Origin: a bacterium
Lineage (GTDB): Bacteria; Desulfobacterota; GWC2-55-46; DRQE01
NCBI GenBank assembly: GCA_027017505.1
Contig: JALUQR010000067.1
Coordinates: forward strand, 1 to 34,572
Length of the DNA stretch: 34,572 nt
Reading direction: 5' to 3'
Part shown: positions 17,294 to 25,255 of the stretch, piece after piece
Layout of the letters: every line of letters begins with the position of its first letter
How positions within the stretch are numbered: the first letter of the stretch is position 1
Notes under the pieces: generated by a model
Seen by the model: only the letters and a program-made list of their open reading frames with translations
Databases searched by the model: none
Told to the model about the DNA's origin: nothing
Program-made: the position numbers and the translations under genes

Positions 17294-18706
17294 TCAGCGT
17301 GCCCCTTCTCTTTTGAGTATAACGGCAACTGTCTTAAGAAGTATAACCACATCGAGCCAGAGGTTCCAGTTTCTCACATACCAGCTGTCGAGTTTCACGC
17401 GGTATTCATAGTCTGTGTTACTCCTTCCGGAGACCTGCCACAGCCCCGTAATGCCAGGAGGCACGGAAAAACACAGCTCTGCGGAGTCCCTGTAATATCT
17501 CTCTATCTCCTCGTGGGTAACGGGCCTTGGTCCCACAAGGCTCATCTCGCCCCTGAGCACATTCAGTATCTGTGGAAGCTCATCAAGGGATGTCCTTCTT
17601 AGAAACCTTCCAACAGAGGTTATCCGAGGGTCATCCTTAAGCTTTCTGTACTTCTGCCATTCCTCTCTTCTTACAGGGTCAGTTGCCAGTATCTCCTCGA
17701 GTCTCTCTTCAGCGTCCACATACATGGTTCTGAACTTGTAGCACATAAAGGGTCTGCCATCCTTGCCTATTCTTGTCTGTCTGAAAAGGGCAGGCCCTGG
17801 TGAGTTAAGCCTTATAATGCAGGATATAACCACCATGAGCACAAAAAGCACAGGAGACAGGAGAACCGCCACCGTGTAGTCAAACCCCCTCTTTATGATG
17901 TAGTTTCCAAGGTGTTCAAGGTTGTTCTTTATCTCTATGACCATTGTCTGCTCGTAGAAGAAGTGCCTGAGTTCTGTGCCCAGCACCGCAATGCCTGATA
18001 TGTCTGGTATATAGAGGGTGTTTTCCACCTTGTGCTGTATCCTGTTTATAATACTTATGAGTCTGTCTCTTTCGAGCTCTGGCTTTGCTATAACCACATC
18101 CTGTATGCGACACAGCTTTATGTACCTTTCAACCCTGTCCACACCGCGGTGCACCTTTATGCCATCTATGGTTCGCACCCCTGTATCATCGTCCACAAAG
18201 CCTGCCACCTCATAGCCCAGGTTTGGCTCGCTCTGGAGGGCAGACCTGGCTGTTCTGCCAGTCTCTCCAGCACCTATTATGAGCACCCTTCTCTTCATAA
18301 GCCCCAGCCTGTATATAAGCCCCTTGAAAAATGGCCTCGTAATGGGCACAATCACAAAGGACATAAGCGCCATGTTCAGTATAACAGCCCTTGAGAACAT
18401 GGCACCCTGTTTGCCAATAAAAAGTATAGCAAATATTATAACCGAGGTGAGCACCACACTCTTCCAGACAAACTTGACCTCATCCCAGAAGGTAAACCTT
18501 CTGGAATATCCACCCTCGTAGACCATCACACCAAACCATATGAAGAATATCCAGTAGTATGTCCAGATGTCTCCGGTGAATTCAGGCAGTCCCTCGAATA
18601 TTACGGGCAAAACCCACCTTCTGAATGCCACAGAAAGGTAAAATACCGCAACTATGGTGATGGCATCGGTTATGAATAGAAGCACTATGCCTGCCCTGTT
18701 CTTCAT
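17294..18706 (-). CDS. Polyprenyl-phosphate sugar-1-phosphate transferase (WbaP/EpsB-type initiating enzyme)
   Basis: 470 aa. N-terminal TM helices, a central Rossmann-like region (RVLIIGAGETG), and a C-terminal bacterial sugar transferase domain (RIGKDGRPF, DELPQILNVLRGEMSLVGPRP, PGITGLWQVSGRS). Confidence 0.9.
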   Translation of the reverse strand: MKNRAGIVLLFITDAITIVAVFYLSVAFRRWVLPVIFEGLPEFTGDIWTYYWIFFIWFGVMVYEGGYSRRFTFWDEVKFVWKSVVLTSVIIFAILFIGKQGAMFSRAVILNMALMSFVIVPITRPFFKGLIYRLGLMKRRVLIIGAGETGRTARSALQSEPNLGYEVAGFVDDDTGVRTIDGIKVHRGVDRVERYIKLCRIQDVVIAKPELERDRLISIINRIQHKVENTLYIPDISGIAVLGTELRHFFYEQTMVIEIKNNLEHLGNYIIKRGFDYTVAVLLSPVLFVLMVVISCIIRLNSPGPALFRQTRIGKDGRPFMCYKFRTMYVDAEERLEEILATDPVRREEWQKYRKLKDDPRITSVGRFLRRTSLDELPQILNVLRGEMSLVGPRPVTHEEIERYYRDSAELCFSVPPGITGLWQVSGRSNTDYEYRVKLDSWYVRNWNLWLDVVILLKTVAVILKREGAR

Positions 18707-18757
18707 GGACTCAGAAGATTAAAACCCCAGGTATAATATATCACACCGGCAGGGCGG

Positions 18758-20224
18758 TTACCTCCTAACAATCCCGTAGACCACATACCTTCTGCCCTCT
18801 ACAGGCTCAAAACTCTTAAGTCTCTGAAGCTCCACCCCACCTGTTCTATCAAGTTTTCTAATAATGTGTTTTAAGTTTTTCTCATAACCTGCGATATAAT
18901 CTATATCTTTTTTCTTTATATATTCTCCAAGCTCTTCGGGTGTAAGGCCCTCTTTGAGGTGAACAAAGTTTGCATCCGCGTAGAAACTCACTATGGGTTT
19001 TCTTGCAAGCACAGTTGCACCTGTTCCGTGATTTTCAAGTATCCATCTTCCTGCAAGTCTCTCTGCAAGTCTGTGGGCGTGAAGGGATGTAAGCCCCTGA
19101 TAGAGCTGGGCAACTATTACAGCAACAAGGGTGCAGGCCATAACCAGAGGGGCCCTTTCCCTGAATCTTTCGTGTGCCCAGTGGGTAAATCTTTCAAAGC
19201 CCCATGCAACGAACACAGCAATAAAGGGGGTAAGTCTTACGAAGTATCGCCTTTCAGGAAGAATCAGCATGTGAACCACCGTGTAGACGAGTATTACGAA
19301 TAGAACAAACCTCTCCTTTTCTGTAAAGCCCTCCCTTCTTCTTGCGGCAAGATACCAGACAAAGAATACGAGAAATGGCACAGATAGTGCCTCTGGAAAA
19401 CGGCTGAAGAATACCGCCAGGTTGGAGTTTCCAAGGGTTATGGTATTCAGCATATCGTACAGTACACCCGCTGGTGCCACCTTTGCCGTGATGGTAACAG
19501 TGCCCGTTCTTTCGTATAGGAAGACAAGATAAAACAGTGCGACCACAACGAATACGAGCCATCCACAGCCTATAAGAACTGCCCTTATGTGCCAGTCCCT
19601 TTTAAGCTCTTTCAGGTTTCTCAAGGCTATCCAGAGGGTGAATATCATGAGGAATCCAAGGGAAACATGTTTATTCAGATATGCCAGTGCGGAGACCACC
19701 CCGACAAGTATCATAACCACCGCCCTTTTTTCCATTACCGCCTTCATTGCAAGCCCCACAACAAGCATGGCAAAAAAGCAGTATGTGGTCTCTCGCAGGG
19801 TCTCTCCAGAGTAGCGTATAAGATATGGGTGCAGACTTATAAAGAATGCGGTAAGAATGCCAGTGCGCTCATCATAGATGGTTCTGCCAAGCCAGAACCC
19901 GAGGGGTATTATGAGAAGCCCGAATACAAGGGATACGAGTCTTGCCGAAAGCTCAAGCTCTCCTGTAAGCGGATAGAGGAGGCTAACAAGCAGTGGATAA
20001 AGTGGCGGGCGTCTGGGGTCTATGGCATCGCTGAACCTGCCCTCAACAAACGCCCTTGCAAGGCCAAGGTCTGTTGCACCGTCAACAGATATGGTAACCG
20101 CACTGGCTATTATGTAGACCCTGAGAAACAGTGCAAACAGAACTATTATGACAAGGCTCTGCCACGGGGATAATCCCCTGAACCACTCTATAAGCCTTAC
20201 AGCCTGTCCGCCAGGGGTGTTCAT
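18758..20224 (-). CDS. GT39/ArnT-like (PMT_2) polytopic membrane glycosyltransferase
   Basis: 488 aa with more than 10 hydrophobic helices followed by a soluble C-terminal domain. The N-terminal loop after TM1 (ISVDGATDLGLARAFVEGRF..DPRRPPLYPLL) fits the ArnT/PMT family pattern. ATG 20224 with an AAGGA RBS. Confidence 0.7.
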   Translation of the reverse strand: MNTPGGQAVRLIEWFRGLSPWQSLVIIVLFALFLRVYIIASAVTISVDGATDLGLARAFVEGRFSDAIDPRRPPLYPLLVSLLYPLTGELELSARLVSLVFGLLIIPLGFWLGRTIYDERTGILTAFFISLHPYLIRYSGETLRETTYCFFAMLVVGLAMKAVMEKRAVVMILVGVVSALAYLNKHVSLGFLMIFTLWIALRNLKELKRDWHIRAVLIGCGWLVFVVVALFYLVFLYERTGTVTITAKVAPAGVLYDMLNTITLGNSNLAVFFSRFPEALSVPFLVFFVWYLAARRREGFTEKERFVLFVILVYTVVHMLILPERRYFVRLTPFIAVFVAWGFERFTHWAHERFRERAPLVMACTLVAVIVAQLYQGLTSLHAHRLAERLAGRWILENHGTGATVLARKPIVSFYADANFVHLKEGLTPEELGEYIKKKDIDYIAGYEKNLKHIIRKLDRTGGVELQRLKSFEPVEGRRYVVYGIVRR

Positions 20225-20253
20225 GGAAAATCCTTATTAAAGGGAATTAAGGT

Positions 20254-20282
20254 ATTTTACTTTACACAAGGCTTATAATCAA
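20254..20282 (-). promoter_or_regulatory. Sigma70-like promoter candidate for the GT39-to-downstream operon
   Basis: On the minus strand: TTGATT (20282-20277), a 17-nt spacer, then TAAAAT (20259-20254). It lies about 30 nt upstream of ATG 20224, in the 116-nt gap after rfbC. Confidence 0.45.
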
Positions 20283-20340
20283 CACAAACGGGAGGGATAA
20301 ACACCCCCTGAAGAGCTCACCTGCCCTGTCTGGAAGGGTT

Positions 20341-20913
20341 TTAATCCTCCTGGAAGGTGAAGTTTATCTCTGCATCCCTGAGTGCTGGTGCAAGGCTATC
20401 CCTGTCTGAAAGCACTATTTCCTCTGCCCTGAGGGGCCACTTTATGGATATATCCCTGTCGTTCCATATTATGGTTCTCTCGTACTCGGGGGAGTATTCT
20501 GCCCCTGACACCTTGTATACAACCTCTGCGACATCTGTGAGCACAAGAAAGCCGTGTGCAAACCCCGGGGGTATCCACAGCATGTATGCGTTATCCTCTG
20601 TAAGCTCTATGCCAAACCACCTTGCAAAGGTTGGGCTACCTTTTCTTATGTCTACTGCAACATCGAACACAGCCCCCCTTATGCATCTTACCAGCTTTCC
20701 CTGTGCCCTCGGGTTGAGCTGGTAGTGCAGTCCCCTGAGCACACCCCTTGCAGAGCGTGAATGGTTGTCCTGCACGAAGGGCTCCCCTATGCCGGCCCTT
20801 TCAAAGTCAGAGTGTTTGTATGTCTCCATGAAAAAGCCCCTCTGGTCTCTGAACACACGGGGCTTTACAAGCACAAGCCCTGGCAGTTCTGTTCTTTCGA
20901 ACTCAAAGGGCAT
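20341..20913 (-). CDS. rfbC: dTDP-4-dehydrorhamnose 3,5-epimerase
   Basis: 190 aa cupin. FRDQRGFFMETY, LRGLHYQ, QGKLVRCIRGAVFDVAVDIRKGSPTF, IPPGFAHGF. Confidence 0.9.
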   Translation of the reverse strand: MPFEFERTELPGLVLVKPRVFRDQRGFFMETYKHSDFERAGIGEPFVQDNHSRSARGVLRGLHYQLNPRAQGKLVRCIRGAVFDVAVDIRKGSPTFARWFGIELTEDNAYMLWIPPGFAHGFLVLTDVAEVVYKVSGAEYSPEYERTIIWNDRDISIKWPLRAEEIVLSDRDSLAPALRDAEINFTFQED

Positions 20914-20919
20914 GGGCCT

Positions 20920-21804
20920 TCAGAATATCTCCTCTTCTGCAACTTTTTTAAGATATGTGCCGTAGTCTGTCTTATCGAGGCTTTTTGCAGCAACAAGCAG
21001 TGTGTCCTTATCTATCCAGCCGTTTTTGTAGGCTATCTCCTCTATACAGCCTATCATGAGCCCTGTCTTGTTCTCTATGGTCTCTATGAAACTGCTCGCC
21101 TCAAGAAAGCTGTGATGTGTGCCCGTATCAAACCAGGCAAATCCCCTGCCAAGAAGCTTCACCTTGAGGTTACCCCTTCTGAGGTACTCCTGATTTACCG
21201 AGGTTATCTCGAGCTCTCCCCTCCAGGACGGCTTTATGTTTTTTGCTATCTCTATGGCGTGGCTGTCGTAGAAGTACATGCCTGTTACCGCGTAGTTGGA
21301 CTTTGGCTTCTGTGGTTTTTCCTCAAGGGATACCACCCTGCCCTCTTCATCGAACTCCACTATGCCGAACCTTCTGGGCTCATTGACATAGTAGCCGAAC
21401 ACATAGGCACCACCGTTTTCTTCAATGTCCCTTCTTGCCTCCTTCATTATGTTTACGAGCTCGTGTCCGAAGAATATGTTATCGCCGAGCATCATGCACA
21501 GGTTATCTCCCTCTGCGAACTCCTCTGCGAGCACGAGCCCGTCTGCAAGCCCGCGGGGTGAGTCCTGCACGGTGTAGCTTATCCTCATGCCAAGTTTCTC
21601 TCCACCGCCAAAGAGCTTTCTGAAGTTCTCCTCATCCTCGGGGTTTACAACAAAGAGCACCTCCCTTATGCCGAGTAGCATTACCAGAGAAAGTGGATAA
21701 TATATCATGGGTTTGTTGTATATGGGCAGGAAGTGTTTGTTCACAACCACTGTGACAGGATAGAGTCTTGTCCCACTGCCCCCTGCAAGTATGAGGGCCT
21801 TCAT
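20920..21804 (-). CDS. rfbA: Glucose-1-phosphate thymidylyltransferase
   Basis: 294 aa. [53 protein letters not shown]. Confidence 0.9.
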   Translation of the reverse strand: MKALILAGGSGTRLYPVTVVVNKHFLPIYNKPMIYYPLSLVMLLGIREVLFVVNPEDEENFRKLFGGGEKLGMRISYTVQDSPRGLADGLVLAEEFAEGDNLCMMLGDNIFFGHELVNIMKEARRDIEENGGAYVFGYYVNEPRRFGIVEFDEEGRVVSLEEKPQKPKSNYAVTGMYFYDSHAIEIAKNIKPSWRGELEITSVNQEYLRRGNLKVKLLGRGFAWFDTGTHHSFLEASSFIETIENKTGLMIGCIEEIAYKNGWIDKDTLLVAAKSLDKTDYGTYLKKVAEEEIF

Positions 21805-21863
21805 ACTTTCCCTCCGTGACCGTATTTTTAGGGTTGGATTCTAACACACCTTCTTAAGGGGTG

Positions 21864-22361
21864 TCAATCTGGTTTTACCGGCCTGCCCTTTATGACGGAG
21901 AACATTACAAACCCTATGACCACCGCAAGTGTTATCTGGAGGGTAACGAAGGAGAGAAGCTTTACCCAGGCAAACTCCTCTGCGACATACACAACAAGCC
22001 AGCCCGATGCAATCTCAAGCAGTGCACTTGCGCATGTAAGCCCTATGCCTGTGAGCTTCCAGCGGGGTGCAAGCTCTGCGAAGGCAAAAAGATGGTTGAG
22101 AAGAATCAGCATAAGTGCGTATGCAAAAAGATGTGCGTGGGTTGTCTCAAGAAGTCCGAGATAGGATACAGGCCCTCTGAAGAGCTCTTCATTACCAAGG
22201 TAGTATTCCACAACCGTCTGATAGCTGAACCCCATCTTTGCGGTGAAAAGAAGTATGTTGGTAAACCAGAAGAGCACTATGAAGAAAAGCCCCAGGATGA
22301 GGCTGAGCCTTGTAAACGGTCTGTTGGGCTCGAGATGGCCACCGTTTGAGAGAAACTTCAC
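21864..22361 (-). CDS. Small integral membrane protein (about 4 TM helices, conserved-looking His residues), function unknown
   Basis: 165 aa. GTG 22361 overlaps the upstream TGA as GTGA (22358-22361). Hydrophobic segments LILGLFFIVLFWFTNILLF, HLFAYALMLILLNHLFAF, LTCASALLEIASGWLVVYV, ITLAVVIGFVMFSV. The start codon is uncertain. Confidence 0.6.
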   Translation of the reverse strand: MKFLSNGGHLEPNRPFTRLSLILGLFFIVLFWFTNILLFTAKMGFSYQTVVEYYLGNEELFRGPVSYLGLLETTHAHLFAYALMLILLNHLFAFAELAPRWKLTGIGLTCASALLEIASGWLVVYVAEEFAWVKLLSFVTLQITLAVVIGFVMFSVIKGRPVKPD

Positions 22362-22900
22362 CTTTTCCTCTCCCTTTCAAGTACTGTTTCAAACAAAGCA
22401 AGCACCTTTCTTGTCTCACGCACTATGGTGTTCACACTCAGGGTTGCCCCTGTTACTGTCTGGATGTCCCTTTTTGGCCAGAGGCTGTTGGTAAGTCTTT
22501 TACCCCTGAACTGTGCAAACCAGCGTTTATCAGGCAGGTATTCCTCTGGCTCGTAGAAGGCAACCACCTCCACCATCTTTACAGAGAGGTCAGGGTTCAG
22601 CACCACCATGGTAACCGCGTATCTGGTTCTCACCACATGGCTTACGAATGTCACATAGGCTGTAACCTTTCCGTTTCTGACCCCCCTGTAGTATGTGAAA
22701 AGCCTTGACACCTCTTTTACCCTTGCCCTCTCTGCCACCCTTTTTGCCTCCTCCCTTGTAAGATACAGGGTTATCTTTTCCACCGTTTCTGTGTCTCCAA
22801 ATACCCGCAGGAGGGCCTCATCCCTTGTGTAATAGACCCTCCCGTGGGCTACAGCTGCGGTAAGGCAGAGCAGTATGGCAATCTTTACCACATATGGCAT
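22358..22900 (-). CDS. Exported FMN-binding-domain protein (FMN_bind; RnfG/NqrC/NosR-like flavinylation motif)
   Basis: 180 aa. Signal peptide MPYVVKIAILLCLTAAVAHG. C-terminal DIQTVTGATLSVNTI matches the [ST]GAT motif whose Thr is the covalent FMN attachment site in RnfG/NqrC. AAGGA RBS. Confidence 0.7.
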   Translation of the reverse strand: MPYVVKIAILLCLTAAVAHGRVYYTRDEALLRVFGDTETVEKITLYLTREEAKRVAERARVKEVSRLFTYYRGVRNGKVTAYVTFVSHVVRTRYAVTMVVLNPDLSVKMVEVVAFYEPEEYLPDKRWFAQFRGKRLTNSLWPKRDIQTVTGATLSVNTIVRETRKVLALFETVLERERKR

Positions 22901-22919
22901 GGCCTTTCCTTACCCCGTG

Positions 22920-24221
22920 TCAGAAGAGAAACCCTATGGCGGTGTTGAACTGGTCTATCTTGTATTCGTCGTATCCTGTACCCTTGCCTGCGGGAAGTGC
23001 TGAATCTGTATCCCTCCACTGGTAGTCAGCCTTGATCACCACATTTGGATGTGGCTTGAAGCTTATACCCATGGTTGTAACGGTTCTTTTAAGTCTGCCA
23101 TCAGGTGTATCACCTGGAAAGACCTGGTCATTGAGGTCATAGCTCTCATATCGTATAAAGGGTTGCAGTGAGTATTCTGTTGAGAGGGCAAGGAGTGTGA
23201 GCAGGTCCACCGCACCCTCAACATACCATCCCTCAACCCTTTTTCCTATGCCACTTGAGCTGAACCATCTGTTTCCATCTATACTGCCCCTTGTGTACAG
23301 TGCCCTGAGTTCCACTGCCTTTATGCGGGCCTCTGCATGAAGTTCCCAGAGCTTTACGGTGCCCCTTCTTGGCTGGCTTACGCTGTCAGCGGACACACCT
23401 CCTCTGGCACTTCCTGCAAGTCCATGGTAGTAGGTTCCTCCAAGTGTTACGCCAGGGGTTAAGGCCCAGTTGAGATTGAGCAGCACTGCTCCCCTGTCTG
23501 CATTTATCTTTGCAGCCTTCTGTCTGCCACTTCTTATCCAGCTTGAGCTCTTAAAGAGGTCTGCCCTGAGCCCGTTTACAACTGCTGTTTTGTATGCCAC
23601 ATTACCCACACTTCCGTATGCCATAAGGCCTATCTCACTCCATGTAGATGGTATTATGTATGTTTCCAGATCGGGCCTGAATGAACCATAATAGACCGAT
23701 GGCTCGTGATACTCGTTTATAAACCCTATGGGCATGAGCATGTAGCCTGCCCTTACATTAAAAGGTTTGGAGAGCATGAAGTCAAGATACATGAATTCAA
23801 CGGTTGTCTCTGCCTTTCTCTTTTCCACATTGCCTATGCCAGCGTGTTCGAACTCAAGTTCTGTGTTCATCACTATCCAGTCGTTGAACTTGTAACCCGT
23901 ATAGAGTATGAACCTGTATATGTCCGCAAGGTCGTTCTTTGAGCTGTGCTGGTAGTTTGCGTACGCTATCTCACCGTATCCACCTATTGAGAGCCCTCGG
24001 TCCACCCCGTAGACCTTTGATGCAGCCGGGCCAAGCCCTGTGTAGGATATATACTCTGGCTCTGCAACAGCCCCGAGCCTGAGTTTTTCCACCTCCTCTG
24101 CGAGCACCTCTATTTTCTGTTCTATCTCCCTTAACCTTTCCTCCCTCTCACCTGCAACAGCAGGCAGAATGCCTGCCACAATGAACCACGCTAACAGAAG
24201 AACCTTCCATGACATCCTCAT
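22920..24221 (-). CDS. Outer-membrane beta-barrel porin-like protein with an N-terminal coiled-coil segment
   Basis: Start at ATG 24221, with an AAGGAGG RBS 9 nt upstream; the track start at 24224 is TTG. Signal peptide (WKVLLLAWFIVAGILPAVAG), then REERLREIEQKIEVLAEEVEKLRL. Alternating hydrophobic/aromatic beta-strand pattern throughout. C-terminal ...AIGFLF has the terminal Phe typical of BAM substrates. Confidence 0.75.
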   Translation of the reverse strand: MRMSWKVLLLAWFIVAGILPAVAGEREERLREIEQKIEVLAEEVEKLRLGAVAEPEYISYTGLGPAASKVYGVDRGLSIGGYGEIAYANYQHSSKNDLADIYRFILYTGYKFNDWIVMNTELEFEHAGIGNVEKRKAETTVEFMYLDFMLSKPFNVRAGYMLMPIGFINEYHEPSVYYGSFRPDLETYIIPSTWSEIGLMAYGSVGNVAYKTAVVNGLRADLFKSSSWIRSGRQKAAKINADRGAVLLNLNWALTPGVTLGGTYYHGLAGSARGGVSADSVSQPRRGTVKLWELHAEARIKAVELRALYTRGSIDGNRWFSSSGIGKRVEGWYVEGAVDLLTLLALSTEYSLQPFIRYESYDLNDQVFPGDTPDGRLKRTVTTMGISFKPHPNVVIKADYQWRDTDSALPAGKGTGYDEYKIDQFNTAIGFLF

Positions 24222-24397
24222 CAATGTGTACCTCCTTTCATTATTATATTGATATTAATTATCATTTTCAACCATCCTGCTTTTAAGATTTCTATCCTTA
24301 CACCGTGCTGACAGGGGCATCACCCCGGAAAAGTACCACCATGACCACACCACCCTTCAATAACAGCCTCGGCCCTGAGTCAGGAATCCGTCAGGAC

Positions 24398-24412
24398 TTT
24401 TTTTTTTTTTTT
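24398..24412. repeat. Homopolymeric tract T15 (A15 on the coding strand of the flanking genes)
   Basis: Counted directly: ttt (24398-24400), tttttttttt (24401-24410), tt (24411-24412). It lies in the 258-nt gap between the cytochrome fragment and the porin gene. Confidence 0.95.
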
Positions 24413-24479
24413 ATCATTTTCAATTATGGATGTCAAGAAAAATCTTCTCTTTCCCGGAGGATGCCCCTGTAAAAGAGGA

Positions 24480-25098
24480 TTATCTGCTGTGGCACTGCTG
24501 ACAGCCCAGGTTTGAGGGAATGGCGTTACCCGTCTGGTCACCCTGCACCACATTGGTAATATAGTCCCACCTGAGTGCATCGCAGTACGGCCCGCCGTGG
24601 GCAAAGTGACACGAAAGGCAGAAGACCTTGTCCTCGTTGTCTGCATCTGCGTAGTAGAATTCCTGGTCAAGGCTGGTGCCCGTGTTGGCAACTGGCAGTT
24701 TGAAACCATCGGGTATGGAGTTATAGTGTGCCCAGTCTATGGTGTCCACCCCTGCCCCTGACACATCGCTATCGCTTAGGACCGCTGACACAGGATGTCT
24801 TCGCCCAGTCCTCCCCGCTTGCACTGGCAGGAACCCTTACCTCGTGGAAGAACAGATGACACCTCGCACACCAGCCTGCCATACCGCTCGGTCTGGTCGC
24901 ATGGTCATCAGGACCCTTTATACCATCGTAAACATTATTGTTAAGAGCAACAGTGGGATTGCCCCTGTAGACAGGCCATATGGGAACATTATTCACCACA
25001 ACGGGCGTGTAATTACCACCGTCAGAGAACTTACCCGTTATTCCTCCCACCCAGCTTCGCATCTCATGGAGTCTGCCGTTGCCCTGTGGTAACAGCAA
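24480..25098 (-). pseudogene. Truncated, frameshifted paralogue of the C-terminal half of the upstream multihaem cytochrome
   Basis: Two overlapping ORFs in different frames (25098..24769 and 24824..24480). Together they parallel residues ~245-466 of the 25256-26611 protein: VPIWPVYRGNPT vs VIWPVYRGTLT, GWCARCHLFFHE vs RWCAQCHDNWHE, KVFCLSCHFAHGGPY..LRWDY vs KVFCLSCHFAHAGPY..LRWNY, GCQQCHSR vs GCQLCHNR. The frame upstream of 25098 closes at a stop at 25168-25170, with no ATG and no signal peptide. Confidence 0.7.
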
Positions 25099-25255
25099 GG
25101 AAAAACACCAGGGCTGTGTATCCAGGACTGTTGCAAGGCTGTATGCACCCCTTACTGTAATTTTAAACTAAAAAATAACCCCGCACCTCGGTAGTGAGTC
25201 TGCGGGGCATCGTCACCCTTAAAGTCTTACCACGGTATTTACCCTTACATCAACT

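Noticed and set aside
20290-20308. Possible terminator after rfbC. On the minus strand: ggggg-tgtttat-ccctcc followed by gtttgtgtt.
   Set aside because: The stem needs a G-U pair and is only 5-6 bp, and the U-tract is interrupted. I mention it only because the adjacent promoter candidate suggests an operon boundary here.
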